Shown here piece by piece: positions 12,918 through 24,964 of a stretch of 64,000 bases of DNA. The notes beneath the pieces are model-generated. The model was not told the origin of the DNA and made no database searches. It saw only the letters and a program-made list of their open reading frames with translations. The stretch's first letter is position 1, and the number at the start of each line of letters is the position of its first letter. The DNA comes from Squalus acanthias (lineage: Eukaryota). The position numbers were made by a program, and so were the translations under genes. Location: positions 178,686,001-178,750,000 of the forward strand of contig CM059425.1 in assembly GCA_030390025.1 (NCBI GenBank), in the 5' to 3' direction.

Positions 12918-13694
12918 GGACACCTACGGACACTGAAAGACGCCCTCGTAAGAACGGGATATGACGCTCGACTCGTCGATCGACAGTTCCGACGGGCCAC
13001 AGCGAAAAACCACATAGACCTCCTCAGAAGACGAACACGGGACACAACCAACAGAGTATCCTACGTCATCCAGCACTTCCCCGGAGCGGAGAAACTACGC
13101 CATGTTCTTCGCAGCCTTCAACATGTCATCGATGACGACGAACACCTTGCTAAGGCCATCCCCACGCCTCCACTACTCACCTTCAAGCAGCCGCCTAACC
13201 TCAAAAGTACCATCGTTCGCAGCAAATTACCCAGCTGTCAGGAGAACAGCGACCACGACACCACACAACCCTGCCACGGCAACCTCTGCAAGACATGCCA
13301 GATCATGAACACAGATACCATCATCACACATGAGGACACTACCCACCAGGTACATGGTACATACTCATGTGACTCGGCCAACGTTGTCTACCTGATACGT
13401 TGCAGTAAAGGATGCACCAGAGCATGGTACATCGGCGAGACCATGCAGACACTGAGACAACGTATGAACGGACACCGCGCAACAATCGCCAGGCAGGATG
13501 GTTGCCTCCCAGTCGGGGAACACTTCAGCAGTCAAGGGCATTCAGCCTCGGATCTGCGGGTTAGCGTTCTCCAAGGCGGCCTTCGAGATACACGACAATG
13601 CAAAATCATCGAGCAGAAACTGATGGCCAAGTTCCGCACTCATGAGGACGGCCTCAATAGGGATATCGGGTTCATGTCACGCTACAGAACGTGA
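12918..13694 (+). CDS. PLE C-terminal part: RT thumb, Cys-rich linker (PCHGNLCKTC) and GIY-YIG endonuclease; 5'-truncated open frame
   Basis: Uninterrupted frame with SCDSANVVYLIRC..WYIGET..LRQRMNGH..HF..GH..EQKL..GLN. The upstream ATG (12900) comes from the inversion junction. The linker suggests the Neptune group (inference). Confidence 0.85.
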   Translation, partial: GHLRTLKDALVRTGYDARLVDRQFRRATAKNHIDLLRRRTRDTTNRVSYVIQHFPGAEKLRHVLRSLQHVIDDDEHLAKAIPTPPLLTFKQPPNLKSTIVRSKLPSCQENSDHDTTQPCHGNLCKTCQIMNTDTIITHEDTTHQVHGTYSCDSANVVYLIRCSKGCTRAWYIGETMQTLRQRMNGHRATIARQDGCLPVGEHFSSQGHSASDLRVSVLQGGLRDTRQCKIIEQKLMAKFRTHEDGLNRDIGFMSRYRT

Positions 13695-13934
13695 CTTGAC
13701 ATCGTTGTCTGTCTTTCCAGTTTTTTAAAAAACAAACTCAAAAAACAAACACAAAAAACAAACCCAAATGGAGAGGATATGCAGACAGCAGGTTTTGACA
13801 CGTTGGACCCCCTGGGACACATCTCATTGTCTTGGCTGTGCTCTTGGTGTGTCTTTGATGTAAGGAAGATTGTATCTCTGCATTTTTTCTGTGTTTATAT
13901 TCTGTGAATTTTTGTAGATTCACTCATAGTAACT

Positions 13935-13976
13935 TTACCTGAAGAAGGGGCGATCGATAGCTCCGAAAGCTTGTAA
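13935..13976 (+). ncRNA. Minimal type-I hammerhead ribozyme motif
   Basis: ttac-ctgaaga-a-ggggc(gatcgata)gctcc-gaaa-gc-tt-gtaa. Predicted cleavage after 13972. Confidence 0.75.
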
Positions 13977-14884
13977 TTTTAAATAAATCTGTTGGACTAT
14001 AACCTGGTGTTGTGCGACTTCTCATTTTTGTCCACCCCAGTCCAACGCCGGCATCTCCGCATCATGACCATTATTTTAATGGCAGCTAAATGGCTGAAGC
14101 ATTCCTACTCTGGAGCTCATGCCTGTGCAGGAAGTGACACCGCTTGTACAGAGCTCCTCAACAATCGCAAACTTGTTGGAGTGAAAACAAACACAATTTT
14201 AAAATTGAAACTATGGATGTGTAAGCTTTTTGAAATAAAGATTTTGAGCTATTTTCTATTGTTAAATCTGCTATGATTCTAAACAGGACAGTTTTATTAG
14301 GAGGGCAAGAATCTAAATTTATGATAAAAGTCCTATTAATTCAGTAGCATTACTCTGTATAGATGAGTTGTAAATTGTATCCTAATTAGAAATGTTTTTT
14401 TTAATGACAAATAACACAAGTAATAATTCTTGGATGGCTACCAGGGAAATTCAGACAGCTTAAAAACCAACAGATTTGTCCTTTGGTGGTTTGGAAGATC
14501 CACATTAAAGTCAAGCATTTGGCCCAAATGTTCAGTAGCAACTTTTGGCACTTGTTCAGCACACTCCCATCTGTTCAATGCTAGAAATAGTGCGTATGTG
14601 TGTGGATTGTGGAGACAGAAACTTTGGAATGCTTTGATAAGAAATAAACATTTCCATTTATATAGTGCCTTATCACGTCTCTCAGAGATGTCTCAAATCA
14701 CCAAATGTCCAGTGAAAATGTGGGTCTCTGATTCTGCCTCTAGGATAAGGGAGTTAGTTTTAGCAGTGTAAATAAAGGGAGCTAATGTCCAGATGCCACT
14801 CTCCAGTGAATCACCTAAGTAAATGCCAGTGTAAAAGCACCTTCAAAGTGCTTCATAAACAATGAATTACAGTGAAGTGTTGTG

Positions 14885-15215
14885 TCAGCCTTGGCTCACT
14901 GGTAACACTGTCGCCACTGAGTCAGAAGGTTGTGGGTTCAAGCCCCACTCTAGAGACTTGAGCACATAATCTAGGCTGGCACTTCTGTGCAGTACTGAAG
15001 GAGTGCTGTACTGTCAGAGGTGCTGTCTTTCGGATGAAACATTAAACTGAGGCCCTGTCTGCCCTCTCAGGTGGAGGTAAAAATCCCACGGCACTATTTG
15101 AAAAAAAGCTGGCGAGTTCTCCTGGTATCCTGGCCAACATTTATCCCTCAACTATCATCTAAAAAAGATGATCTGGTCATTTATTTAATTGCTGTTTGTG
15201 GGAGCTTGCTGTGCA
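14885..15215 (+). mobile_element. tRNA-headed Deu-domain SINE (SacSINE1-like)
   Basis: Pol III A-box-like tggctcactgg (~14892) and B-box-like ggttcaagccc (~14935), followed by the same core as 10027-10350. Confidence 0.75.
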
Positions 15216-16417
15216 GCAGTGCTAGTCCTGCGCAGCCCGGGACCAGCTTTTCCAATGTTAAATTTTGTGCATGCGCAAAACTGTGAATGGGACACGCAGC
15301 CCCGCACCCAAAAAAAAATTAGGGGGAACATTGATGACTAGTTAACCTGATTTTGGAGGTGTTGGTTGAGGAGGAATATTTTCCCCGTACTTCAGCAGAA
15401 CTCCCTGCTCTCATCAAAAAATGCCATATGGGATCTTTAGTACCCATCTGAGGAGGTGCATGTTTTTTTCTGGATGGTTGAGCAAGGATAGATGGAATAG
15501 CTTTTCCTATCTAGTGATCTTGTGAGCACTGGATGTTAAAGTGAGATGATGCCAATTGTGTCTATAGAAATAATGTCATGTATATATATGTAAAGTTACT
15601 GAGGAACCAGTTCTCATCGTGGGTTTGTCAAATTGACTACCCCTCCTTTTCCTCCCTCTTCCAATGTTTTCATCCCTTTTAGGTCACTGAATAAAAGGTT
15701 CAATGGAAAGATTTGGATCGGTAATATAAGATCAGAAGGAAAGCCTTAAGGGTCTTGCCTTTATTACTGGTAAGGATTGTACCATTTAACTTGACAACTC
15801 CCACACAGACAAAGCAAGTTCAACAAAGGAGAGAGACAATGCAATTCACACACAGGTGGATAAGCGGACACTTCTCCATTACTTCTTTAGGTGATATCAT
15901 TATGCTCCGAACAATTAGCCAGATACAATTGAGTTAAACGATAAAAAGGAGGAAGTGTGAAAAGAAAAGGAGAACAAATTGAATATAAGTTTGTTGTACC
16001 AAAGTATTGGAATAAATCATAGCTTAAGTGAGTGTGGATGAATTAACAGAGACAAAGTGTAGATTTCTCTACATCTAACACATGTAACTCATTTAAATAA
16101 CTGTTATGTAGAGTGCTGTCATGACCAAAGAATTGAAGAAGACATTTATTGATTATGGTGTAGATAATCAAATTAGATAGTCTAAACTAATGTTATTTGA
16201 TACCTCCCCTTCTTTAAATATTTTAGTTGGCATTCCTGTTGTTTTTTGCTTGCATTCCTCTGTTGTGCTTCAGGTGAACCTGATTATAATTAATTGTTCT
16301 ACACTACTGGCGTTCTTTGTGAAATTCAGCTCCCTTCCTGTCATTCATCACGTGGCGGGGGGTGGGCGGAGGGGAGGGGAGGGGTAACATCTGCACTCAT
16401 CTGGCTTCATCACCATT

Positions 16418-16981
16418 GAGAGGTCGCACAACACCAGGTTATAGTCCAACAGTTTTATTTGAAATCACAAGCTTTCGGAACTATCGCTCCTTCCTCAGGT
16501 GAAGTAAATTGGATACAGAATCGTCAGAGCATATATAGATGGAAAAAAAAGCATGTGTACTTTACAATTGCAGACCAATAAATTAAATCATCCTGACTAT
16601 CTGCCGAGGTGTGATAAAGTTAATTAAGTCAGCCAGGAAGGTACCACATCAAAAGACATAGCAAGATACAACTGAGACAATGAGGTGAAATCGCAGGGGT
16701 TCTAACGTGTCAAAAGCTGCCGTATGTATGTAAAACGAAAAGCTTTAAAAAAAAATTTACTTTTTTACTGGGAAAATTTTTACTTTTTTACTGGGAATCA
16801 CATCTGTGAACAAGCTAACGACGACTCGAGTCCGGATCACGTCATGTATCGTGACATAAACCCAAGATCCCGATTGAGACCGTCTTCATGAGTGCAGAAC
16901 TTGGCTATCAGTTTCTGCTCGATGATTTTGCGTTGTCGTGTGTTTCTAAGGTTGCCTTGGAGAACGCTTACCCGCCATTCA
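16418..16981 (-). mobile_element. Penelope-like element, 5'-truncated (end of GIY-YIG + 3' UTR)
   Basis: 16850-16974 is homologous to the GIY-YIG C-terminus; the left end matches the family terminus. TSD cttcatcaccatt at 16405-16417 and 16982-16994. Confidence 0.9.
16465..16502 (-). ncRNA. Minimal type-I hammerhead ribozyme motif
   Basis: Reverse strand reads ucac-CUGAGGA-a-ggagc(gaua)guucc-GAAA-gc-UU-guga. Confidence 0.75.
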
Positions 16982-18826
16982 CTTCATCACCATTCACAGA
17001 GGTTACATCCAATCATTCCCCCCACCCCCAACAACCTTGATTAAAATGATGAAAAACATTCCTCTTGAGCTTCCCCAGAGGCAGTCAGCCATATTCCAGT
17101 GCTGCAGGTGCCCGAATCCTGCGGTAACAATTTCCCTCCTTTCCACAAAGTGGGCTCCCTGATGCAGGTGGGGCCCACCAAAATGATTCAAATGAGGCTG
17201 ACCCCTGAAGTCAGCCTGGCCAGCAACAGAACAGGCCCGCACAAAACTGGCCCCACTGACTTTCCACCAGGTTTACGTCAAACTGCAAAACTCTGGCCAG
17301 CATGTTGGCACACTCACACATTGAAAGAAATATTGTTTTAACAGCACAGTTTTCTGTCAGTATATTCATACAGGAGGCAGATGCAGGCAGGATGCATAAT
17401 ACTACATATAATTGTGGTTGGACAAAGCAAGAAGGCTCAAGGCAGTTGTTCTTTTAAGCAGAGAAAGAACCTCAGATAGGACAGATAGAGCACGAACAAC
17501 CTGTGCCCCAACAGAACAGAGCGGGCAGGGACTGGGATTCCTAACTCAAAAATGAAATGCATACCTTTCAGGTTAGAATTTTCCATAAAGCCAGAACTTC
17601 CTTTGTGGGTGATTGGTAATCTTTGGAACTCACCTGTCAATTGAATCTCTGACCCTCTAGCTCCTAAATATGCTGCCTTTGTGATTTAGCTTTGGTGGAT
17701 CCTTTTATTTTTGTACTGTACCTTTCCCTTCCTTACATCTATCCCTGCACCTGGCCTTCTGTAACTAGTCAGATTCTTGACTTGTTGACCCTTCATCAAT
17801 CACTTTCATCTCCTATCAACCAACATATTCTCAAAACGTCCACCATTCTGGAAATTGGTCTCTCTTACATGGGTGACAAGATGTCTAAGTCAATACTGTC
17901 TACTCTTTAATTAATAATAATGCAGAACAACAGACAACCACAGGCACCATATGAATGAATATTGAATTTTTGACTACATCAGGATGCACTGTGTTTAAGT
18001 ACTGTTCATCAGCCCCGTTTACTGTGGTATATTGCATATAATTTTTAAATAGCTGATTTGAGTATTACTTTAAACGTTATTGTAATGCTTATTCAGATAA
18101 GTTTAAGTTCAAAAATACATCATTATTTTGTTTTAAGCATGGTCTCATGATCTATTTTGTATAAGACAGGAGAGAGGATCCTAACTATGATTGGGGTAAA
18201 AAAAATGAAAGATTCTGTTTAACTTCTCATCTCTGGCTGCAGTAAGACTTATACCCACTCTTTCCATCAATGCTGTTCTGTACTTTGATGCTATAATAGC
18301 ATTTTGCAACCTATTAAGGTCAAGTTTTGTATTTGTTTAATGCAGCTTTACCAAACAATACACTCTTTCTTACTCCTCTTCAAAGTATTGACAATAATTG
18401 AAAAGAATCCCATGTTCCTGTGGAAAATAATGCAGTTGCCTGCCAGATGCAATTTGTACCTGTGTGAAAGACTGTCAATTATAATTATTTTATGCAAGCC
18501 CAATTCAATTCTACCTCAGGTTCATGATTCTAGCTAATAGCTAGCTTTCAAACTATGACAGTTTTTATGTTTAATATATAAATGGTAAGTTTGATCCGAT
18601 TTTGTAAAAGGCAACAATGCAATTACTTTGAGCTTTATTTCAGATTTTATAATTTCATATCAGTTAAATGTCCAAGAATGCCATTGAAAAGTAATTGCTG
18701 TGGATAGAACTGTTTGGCCTGTTCCTATTTATGGGCGGGTCTAGTGGCATCGCTGTCTGAGGGGTTGTTATCATATAAAGTAAGATCGAGAATAGTGATT
18801 TGTGACCATGAAGAGAGGCTACACAT

Positions 18827-19902
18827 TATAAGAACATAAGAACATAAGAAATAGGAGCAGGAGTAGGCCAATCGGCCCCTCGAGCCTGCTCCGCCATTCA
18901 ATAAGATCATGGCTGATCTGATCCTAACCGCCAATCTACTATCTATCACAGAACCATCTCCTGCATCTAACAGAATTGCACACACGAAATAGGAGCAGAA
19001 TCAGGCTACACAGTCCCTGGGCCCGCTCCACTACCCACAGGGCCATGACCGATCCGAACCTAGACTCATGTCCAAATTCCTGCCCGCTCCCCGTAACCCT
19101 TAATGCCCTTTACTTCTAGGAAACTGTCTATTTCTGTTTTAAATTTAATTAATGTTGTAGCTTCTACAGCTTTTTGTGGCAGCATATTCCATGGACCTAC
19201 CACCCTCTGAGTGAAGTAGTTCCTCCTCATCTCAGTTTTGAAAGAGCAGCCCCTTATTCTAAGACTATGTCCCCTAGTTCTAGTCTCACCTGTCATCGGG
19301 AACATCCTCCCCGCATCCACCCGATCCAACCCCTTCACAATCTTATATGTTTCAATAAGATCGCCTCTCATTCTTCTGAACTCCAATGAGTAGAGTCCCA
19401 ATCTACCCAACCTCTCCTCATATGACCACCCCCTCATCCCCGGGATTAACCGAGTGAACCTTTTTTGCACTGCCTCGAGAGCAAGGATGTCTTTCCTTAA
19501 GTAAGGACACCAAAACTGTATGCAGTATTCCAGGTGCGGTCTCACCAATACCTTGTACAACTGAAGCAATACCTCCCTATTTTTATATTCTATCCCCCTA
19601 GCAATGAAAGCCAACATTCCATTTGCCTTCTTAATCACTTGCTGCACCTGCATACTAACCTTTTGAGTTTCGTGCACCAGGACCCCCATATCCCTTTGCA
19701 CTTCAGTACTCTCCAGTTTCTTGCCATTAAGATAATAAATTGCTCTAGGATTTTTCCTGCCAAAGTGCATCACCTCACACTTTCCAGTGTTGTATTCCAT
19801 CTGCCAAATCTCTGCCCACTTACTTAGCCTGTCTATGTCCCCTTGCAGGTTTTTTATGTCCTCCTCACTCACTACTTTCCCTCCCATCTTTGTATCATCT
19901 GC
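18827..19902 (-). mobile_element. CR1-clade LINE 3' fragment
   Basis: ORF 19066-19887 (LQGDIDRL..WQMEYN..KCEVMHFG, LVRPHLEYC, RRMRGDLIETYKI, TRGH). The 8-nt tail repeat (aacataag)n is at 18827-18850. Confidence 0.95.
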
Positions 19903-19959
19903 TGGTTCCCATCACAACCAAATAGGAAAGAAAAAATAATCTATAGGTATTTCCTCTCA

Positions 19960-21150
19960 TTATGGCCTGTGCTGCGAGTGCACCTGTATGGACATTAAGG
20001 TGAGGTCAGGGTCAGGTTTGGCTGTGATGACCTCCACAGTTGCTTTCTCTCTCTGGGCTTACACATGAAGGGGTAGAAATTGCGATGTGTCTCGCATATT
20101 TTCAAGGTCCAAAATGGGCGCCACTAAGTCGAATTCAGGAGTGTGACGTTATGCACTACAAGTGCATGTGACACCATATTGGTGTGAGTGCTCGATAGGC
20201 GTCTCCAGCGGCCATCTGCAACAAATGTAGCCATCATTTAAATATTATAATAAGCCGCACCTGAATCAGGGCCCTTTTCTGAAATTGGTGTCCGTGCGTG
20301 CATGAAACATCACTTCTTTAATCTGCCCAGCAAATCATGGTGGGAACAGTCAGTAAGCAGTTTTCAGAAGCGTTATTTAAAGGGATCCTAAGCTTCATTA
20401 AGATAAGCCTCTTGTTAGTTGTTTTAAGCTGCTTTTGGATCAGGTTTTTGGTTGTTTTGGCTACTGTTTGGATGTTAAATAGTTTTGCAGAGTCCATTTG
20501 TGGAAGGTTACAACTGTTTCCTTAAACATGCTGCTGGGCTTACTCCCAAATGAGGAGGAGGAGGAAGAGGAGCAGCAGCAAGGAAGGCAGCAAAGACCTG
20601 CACAGGATACAAGAAGAAGGCATTGAGGGATATGTTATGAAGCTTACCTTAGCTATCCTTGTTAGGTCATTGAACTTCTTTCTGCATTGCAGCCATGTCC
20701 TAGGAATGATACTCCTCACACTGCCGCTCTCAGTCACCTCTGCCCAGTTGTGCTGAACAGCTTGCCTGGATATCTTCCTGTCGCCTGGTGGATAGAAGAT
20801 GCCCCTCCTACCGACCTCCAACATCAAAACCTCCAAAGGAGTGCCTGAAAACCGGGGAGCCTTACAGCTTCTCCTGCGCCTGTCATTCTCCACAGATAGT
20901 AGCCTGCAGTCAAAGGGCACCTCCCTTTTAAGTGGTTTAGGCTTCCTTTAAATCATGTCAGGAATGTGCAAAATTGACAAAAAATTAACATAAAATTTGT
21001 CAGACATCCATTTTGTGCATGAAGACGGACTGAAAACAGTTTCTACCTCGAAGAATGGTCAATAAGCAAGGTACCAGAGGGCTACTAGGTCCTATGAACC
21101 ATACCTCTTCATGAGTCACTGCCTTCAGGATAGACAGATAAATGAAGGAA
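19960..21150 (+). mobile_element. LF-SINE-like element split by a Harbinger-type insertion (SINE parts ~19960-20069 and 21050-~21150)
   Basis: ..gggcttacacatgaa | gaagaatggtcaataagcaaggtaccagaggg.. rejoins to the same sequence seen intact in other copies (e.g. 24520-24600). Confidence 0.6.
20070..21049 (-). mobile_element. PIF/Harbinger-type non-autonomous transposon with Myb/SANT-like remnant
   Basis: TIRs ggggtagaaattg / cagtttctacctc and 3-bp TSD GAA (20067-20069, 21050-21052). ORF 20540-20920 contains APRFS..LEVL..W.EV..RTWLQCRKKFNDL. Confidence 0.8.
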
Positions 21151-21630
21151 ATCATATGGAGGGAAACAGACATTACACAATTGGTGATGAAATGTAGCAT
21201 TGTCACTGGGATTTCATTAAAATGTAATATTGGACAGGTGAATTGTTTTGATTTGAATTGAGAAAAAGTACCCATCAGTGTGAGTATAGAATTTGTTATT
21301 CCAGGCCTGTGCTGTGATTGGATGGTGCATTTGAATTACTGAGGGTTGTAAGTCTGTTTGTGATAGATGCAAATTAGGAATTTCACATAAGGAGCATATT
21401 GGCACAACTTGATAGCACATTGACATAATTCCAACTAGTCCTATTCTGTAATACATTCATTCCAATATCCTTAATAATTCTAGTGACAATACTTCAGTTG
21501 CATTAACAATGATCTCATTGAGTTCTCTTTTGCAAATAAACTTTGTGAAAGATCTTGCAGTAACATTATAATGCTGCTCATTTACCTGAGTATGCAGTGG
21601 CCCACAATTAATTTTAACATTCTTTTCTGT

Positions 21631-22010
21631 GAATTTTCTCCCCTTTGTCTTTTGAAGGTGTTGACGCCTGATGGGGTACGGTCCTACTCTTGCCAGTTGT
21701 CCCCTGATACATTACTCAGGTGGTCATTCTTCATGTATGAACTTATACAGTAAGCATTGTCAGGCTATTAGACCATGGGGTGCAACACAGCTGAGCTTGA
21801 ACTTGTCCTCATCAGGCATCCACACAGAACACTTTTCAGTAGGAGTCACTGGATATCAATCAGGAGCAGGAACCCTGGCTGATTTTCCTCTCCCTAGCCC
21901 AGAAGCATTGAAGTCAATTGTAGCATCTGTACTACAATTCTGGCAGAGGTCGGCAGACTGGGAATCGAACCTGGGATCTTCGGCCCTGTTTGGTTCGGTT
22001 GAGCACCATG
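21631..22010 (-). mobile_element. LF-SINE-like element, near full length
   Basis: Reverse strand has cccaggttcgattcccagtctg (B-box-like) .. ctgggctagggagaggaaaatcagccagggttcctgctcctgat .. catgaagaatgaccac, matching the remembered LF-SINE consensus. Confidence 0.75.
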
Positions 22011-22744
22011 GTTCCTGTAGTATAAGCAGAATATCAGAGGTGATGTAGGAACTGTTTTATTTACCATTCATGCAAAAAATCAGGCCTCAGTTGTACTTGT
22101 AGCATTTGTACAGTCTCACTCTATACCATTCAGAAAAGAACTGCCACACACAGCTCCCCATTACTGATGAGATACATTGGCGTATAAATTCAACATCGTT
22201 GCATCCATTTTGTGGTCGCAAAGTGGGCGCAATGATAACCAATTTAGCGCCTGATCTGCACAATCGTTTGGACAATTGATCGGGGCCTTTTTTTGGGCAG
22301 CCCTGGTGAATGCCTGAGATGAGCGCAGGCCTCATGTCAACACTGAAATAAGGCTCTTGCGCTCATTTCCAACCCGGATTCCTAAATTTGGTTAGACTAG
22401 TCAGAGCTTGCACAGCGCAAGCTCCAACTAGTATTTCCGAGTCTTAAATGGCCTTTGAGGCCGCTCAAAGAAAGGCCCCAAAACTTTGAGATATTTCATT
22501 TTTTTTGAAGTTTGAAGGAGCAGAAGTGTTCCTCCTGACGTCACAAAACAACTGTGGGGCGCTGTCAACACCCCCCCATCCCCCCTCCCACCACCACAAT
22601 TGCCCCACCCCACCCCAACCCCAGACTTAGCTGTGAGCTTGTACTTCATCTTATAACACTGAAACTGTAGAGCTGACTAAGTCTAGGCACAAGGCTGCTT
22701 GATGATTCTGCTGGTAAATGTATTTTGTAGCTTCTATAGCAGGT

Positions 22745-22985
22745 TTGTGCTGAACCAGATGATCTCAGCCAGGGTGCCAATTGAGGTGTTACAAATTAAT
22801 TGGCCTCCTTGGGTTAGAGAGAGAAAAATCAGCCAGAGAGCCCTCTCCAAATCACTTTCCTGTATATTCTGGTAGAAAATGTGCCCCTGTAGACATTAGG
22901 TAAGGCTAAAAAAAGGTGGCCAGTGTCATGGAATGATACCTCAGCTTGAATCTACCCCTTCAGGAGAGGAAGGGAGAACATTGGA
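22745..22985 (+). mobile_element. LF-SINE-like element, decayed
   Basis: gatctcagccagggtg..aaaaatcagccagag..ccttcaggagaggaagggagaacattgg. Confidence 0.6.
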
Positions 22986-23789
22986 AGGAGTAGAGGAACA
23001 CAGAAATAGTGCTTCCACTTTTCAATCATTTGAGAGAAAGCTGTGAATATAAGTGATCTCACAGGGTTTTAAAAGAGCTAAACTATTCATATAATGCTTA
23101 CATAGGCAGCTGCTTTGAAGTAACTAGGTTGCAATGCTCTAAAAATGATCAGTTGATCTTCCTCACTGTAATATATGACTAATACTTCCCAGAGACTTGC
23201 CCAAGTCACTATCTGTGTAGAATCTGAAACTAAAGTCCCTTTTTATCTCATTCATTTCACTTAGAAATTAATGAATGAAAAATAGTTCAAGGACTGTGGA
23301 AAACCCATCTATAAAACTCCTTTCATGGCTCATTGAGCTCAGAAGTCTGCAGTTTAACATGAATAACTTTTTACTACCTTCAACTTAAAAGCAAGGAGCT
23401 CATACATTCAGCACAATGAAGAGTGCAGCCTGTAAAATTCATTTACAGTACAGATGTTCAAACCAGTAACTTTTAATACAAAGTCCAGGTCTCCTTAAGT
23501 AAGCTAAAGAACAGAAGACTGCTATGTGTAAACACAAACACAATCTTTTGAAAGTGAAATCACGGGAAGCAACTCCGGGGTAGATTGTCCCCTTGTGTGG
23601 TTTATGGGTAGATGATCGGCTGGCGCGAGGCCGTTTTGTGGGTCAGGCTTCATTAACATACAGCTGGTGGGCTGCGGGCGGAAAATGAAGACCCTGGGAC
23701 AGCCCACCGACTACAGGCCAAGTCAGCCTCCAGGCCGAGGAAAAGGTAGGTATGACTGGGTGGGAGGGGGGTTGTAAAATACTATGTAA

Positions 23790-24165
23790 TATTGGCCTTG
23801 GAGGGGGTGCAGTGCAGTTTCACCAAAACGACACAAGGGGACAGGTTGCATAGACTTGGCTTGTATTCCCTTGAGTATACAAGGTTAAGGGGTGATGTAA
23901 TAGAGATGTTTAAAATGATAAAGCAGTTCGATAGAGTATATGCAGAGTGACACTTTCCTTGAATAGGGGAATCTAGAACAAGGGAACATAATCTTAAAAT
24001 TAGAGCTAGGACATTCAGGGGTGAAATCAGGAAGCACATTTTCACACAAAGGGTAGTGGAAATCTGGAACTCACTCCCCCAAAAAGCTGTGGGTCAATTG
24101 AGATTTTCAAGACTGAGATCGATATATTTTTGTTAGGTGAGGGTATCAAGACATATGGAACAAGG
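23790..24165 (+). mobile_element. CR1-clade LINE 3' fragment, decayed
   Basis: Homologous to the CR1 ORF2 end (ggcttgtattcccttgag..aggttaaggggtgat..tctagaacaagggaacata..gggtagtggaaatctggaactc). Confidence 0.8.
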
Positions 24166-24257
24166 CAGAAAACCATAGTTGGAGGCTATTAATCTTCAGG
24201 TACAGCAGTAAACATAACAGCTATAATTTCTATTCCTTAAAATGGCTACATTTCCCC

Positions 24258-24610
24258 TGGTGCTTCAGTTGATCAATGCATTGCCCAATGGGGAACCGAA
24301 CTACGCAGACCAGGAAGGTCTGTGCTGCATTAGCAGATCTCAGCCTGGGTAGCAATAAGGAGTGGCACAACTGGTCTCAGAATCTTCTAGCTCGAAAGCG
24401 GAAAATCAACCAGTGTTCCTTCTCCTAACCAATATCCATCACGCCCTGCTGGAATGTGTGCATGTGGATATCAGTTGAGGACAGGGTTTGGCCCCCAATT
24501 GTTTAATACCTGCTGACACTGTCTAGGATCAGACTTGACGAATGGCCACTTGGACAAGTAGAGAGCTGCTAGCCAGTGCCCTCAGGAGAAGAATAAAGCA
24601 AATTGGGGTA
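24258..24610 (+). mobile_element. LF-SINE-like element
   Basis: cagaccaggaaggtc..tgtgctgcattagcagatctcagcc..gaaaatcaaccagtgttcct..gaatggccacttggac..tcaggagaag. Confidence 0.7.
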
Positions 24611-24684
24611 AGGTGGCTCTTTTAACCACTCTTCTTTTCTAGCAAATACTGAGTAGTTTATTCACCCTCCTCCTCTTATTCAAT

Positions 24685-24964
24685 AATGAGAAGTCACACA
24701 ACACCAGGTTATAGTCCAACAGTTTTATTTGAAATTACGAGCTTTCGGAGCGCTGCTCCTTCGTCAGGTAAAGTGAGGGAATACAAATCAGATACAAAGT
24801 GTATATAGAAAGAGAACAATGTGTCTGCAGAGATACAATCCATCAGGGAGGCATTACATCAAAGACACAGCAGAATACTGCTAAGACAATGAGGTGGGGT
24901 CACAGGGGGTCCAACGTGTCAAATGCTGCAGTCTGCAGTAAAGCTTTTAACTTTTTTTTTTAAA
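24685..24964 (-). mobile_element. Penelope-like element solo 3' terminus
   Basis: Homologous to 8733-8950 and 10798-11045. Candidate TSD ctcttattcaat (24673-24684) / ctctttttcaat (24965-24976), 11/12 match. Confidence 0.85.
24735..24771 (-). ncRNA. Minimal type-I hammerhead ribozyme motif
   Basis: Reverse strand reads uuac-CUGACGA-a-ggagc(agc)gcucc-GAAA-gc-UC-guaa. Confidence 0.8.

Larger units (their letters stand above)
10801..14067. mobile_element. Penelope-like retroelement, tail-out inverted dimer (minus arm 10801-~12910, plus arm ~12904-14067)
   Basis: RT and GIY-YIG endonuclease frames on both strands. ~1.1-kb near-identical inverted arms (10798-11910 vs 12904-14024). TSD ccattattttaatg at 10787-10800 and 14068-14081. 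Confidence 0.95.

Noticed and set aside
14885..14960. tRNA gene
   Set aside because: The A/B boxes belong to a SINE head that continues into the SINE body; no convincing cloverleaf.
20540..20920. Domesticated host Myb/SANT gene (NAIF1/MSANTD-like)
   Set aside because: Enclosed by TIRs and a TSD, and related frameshifted copies occur three more times in the window.
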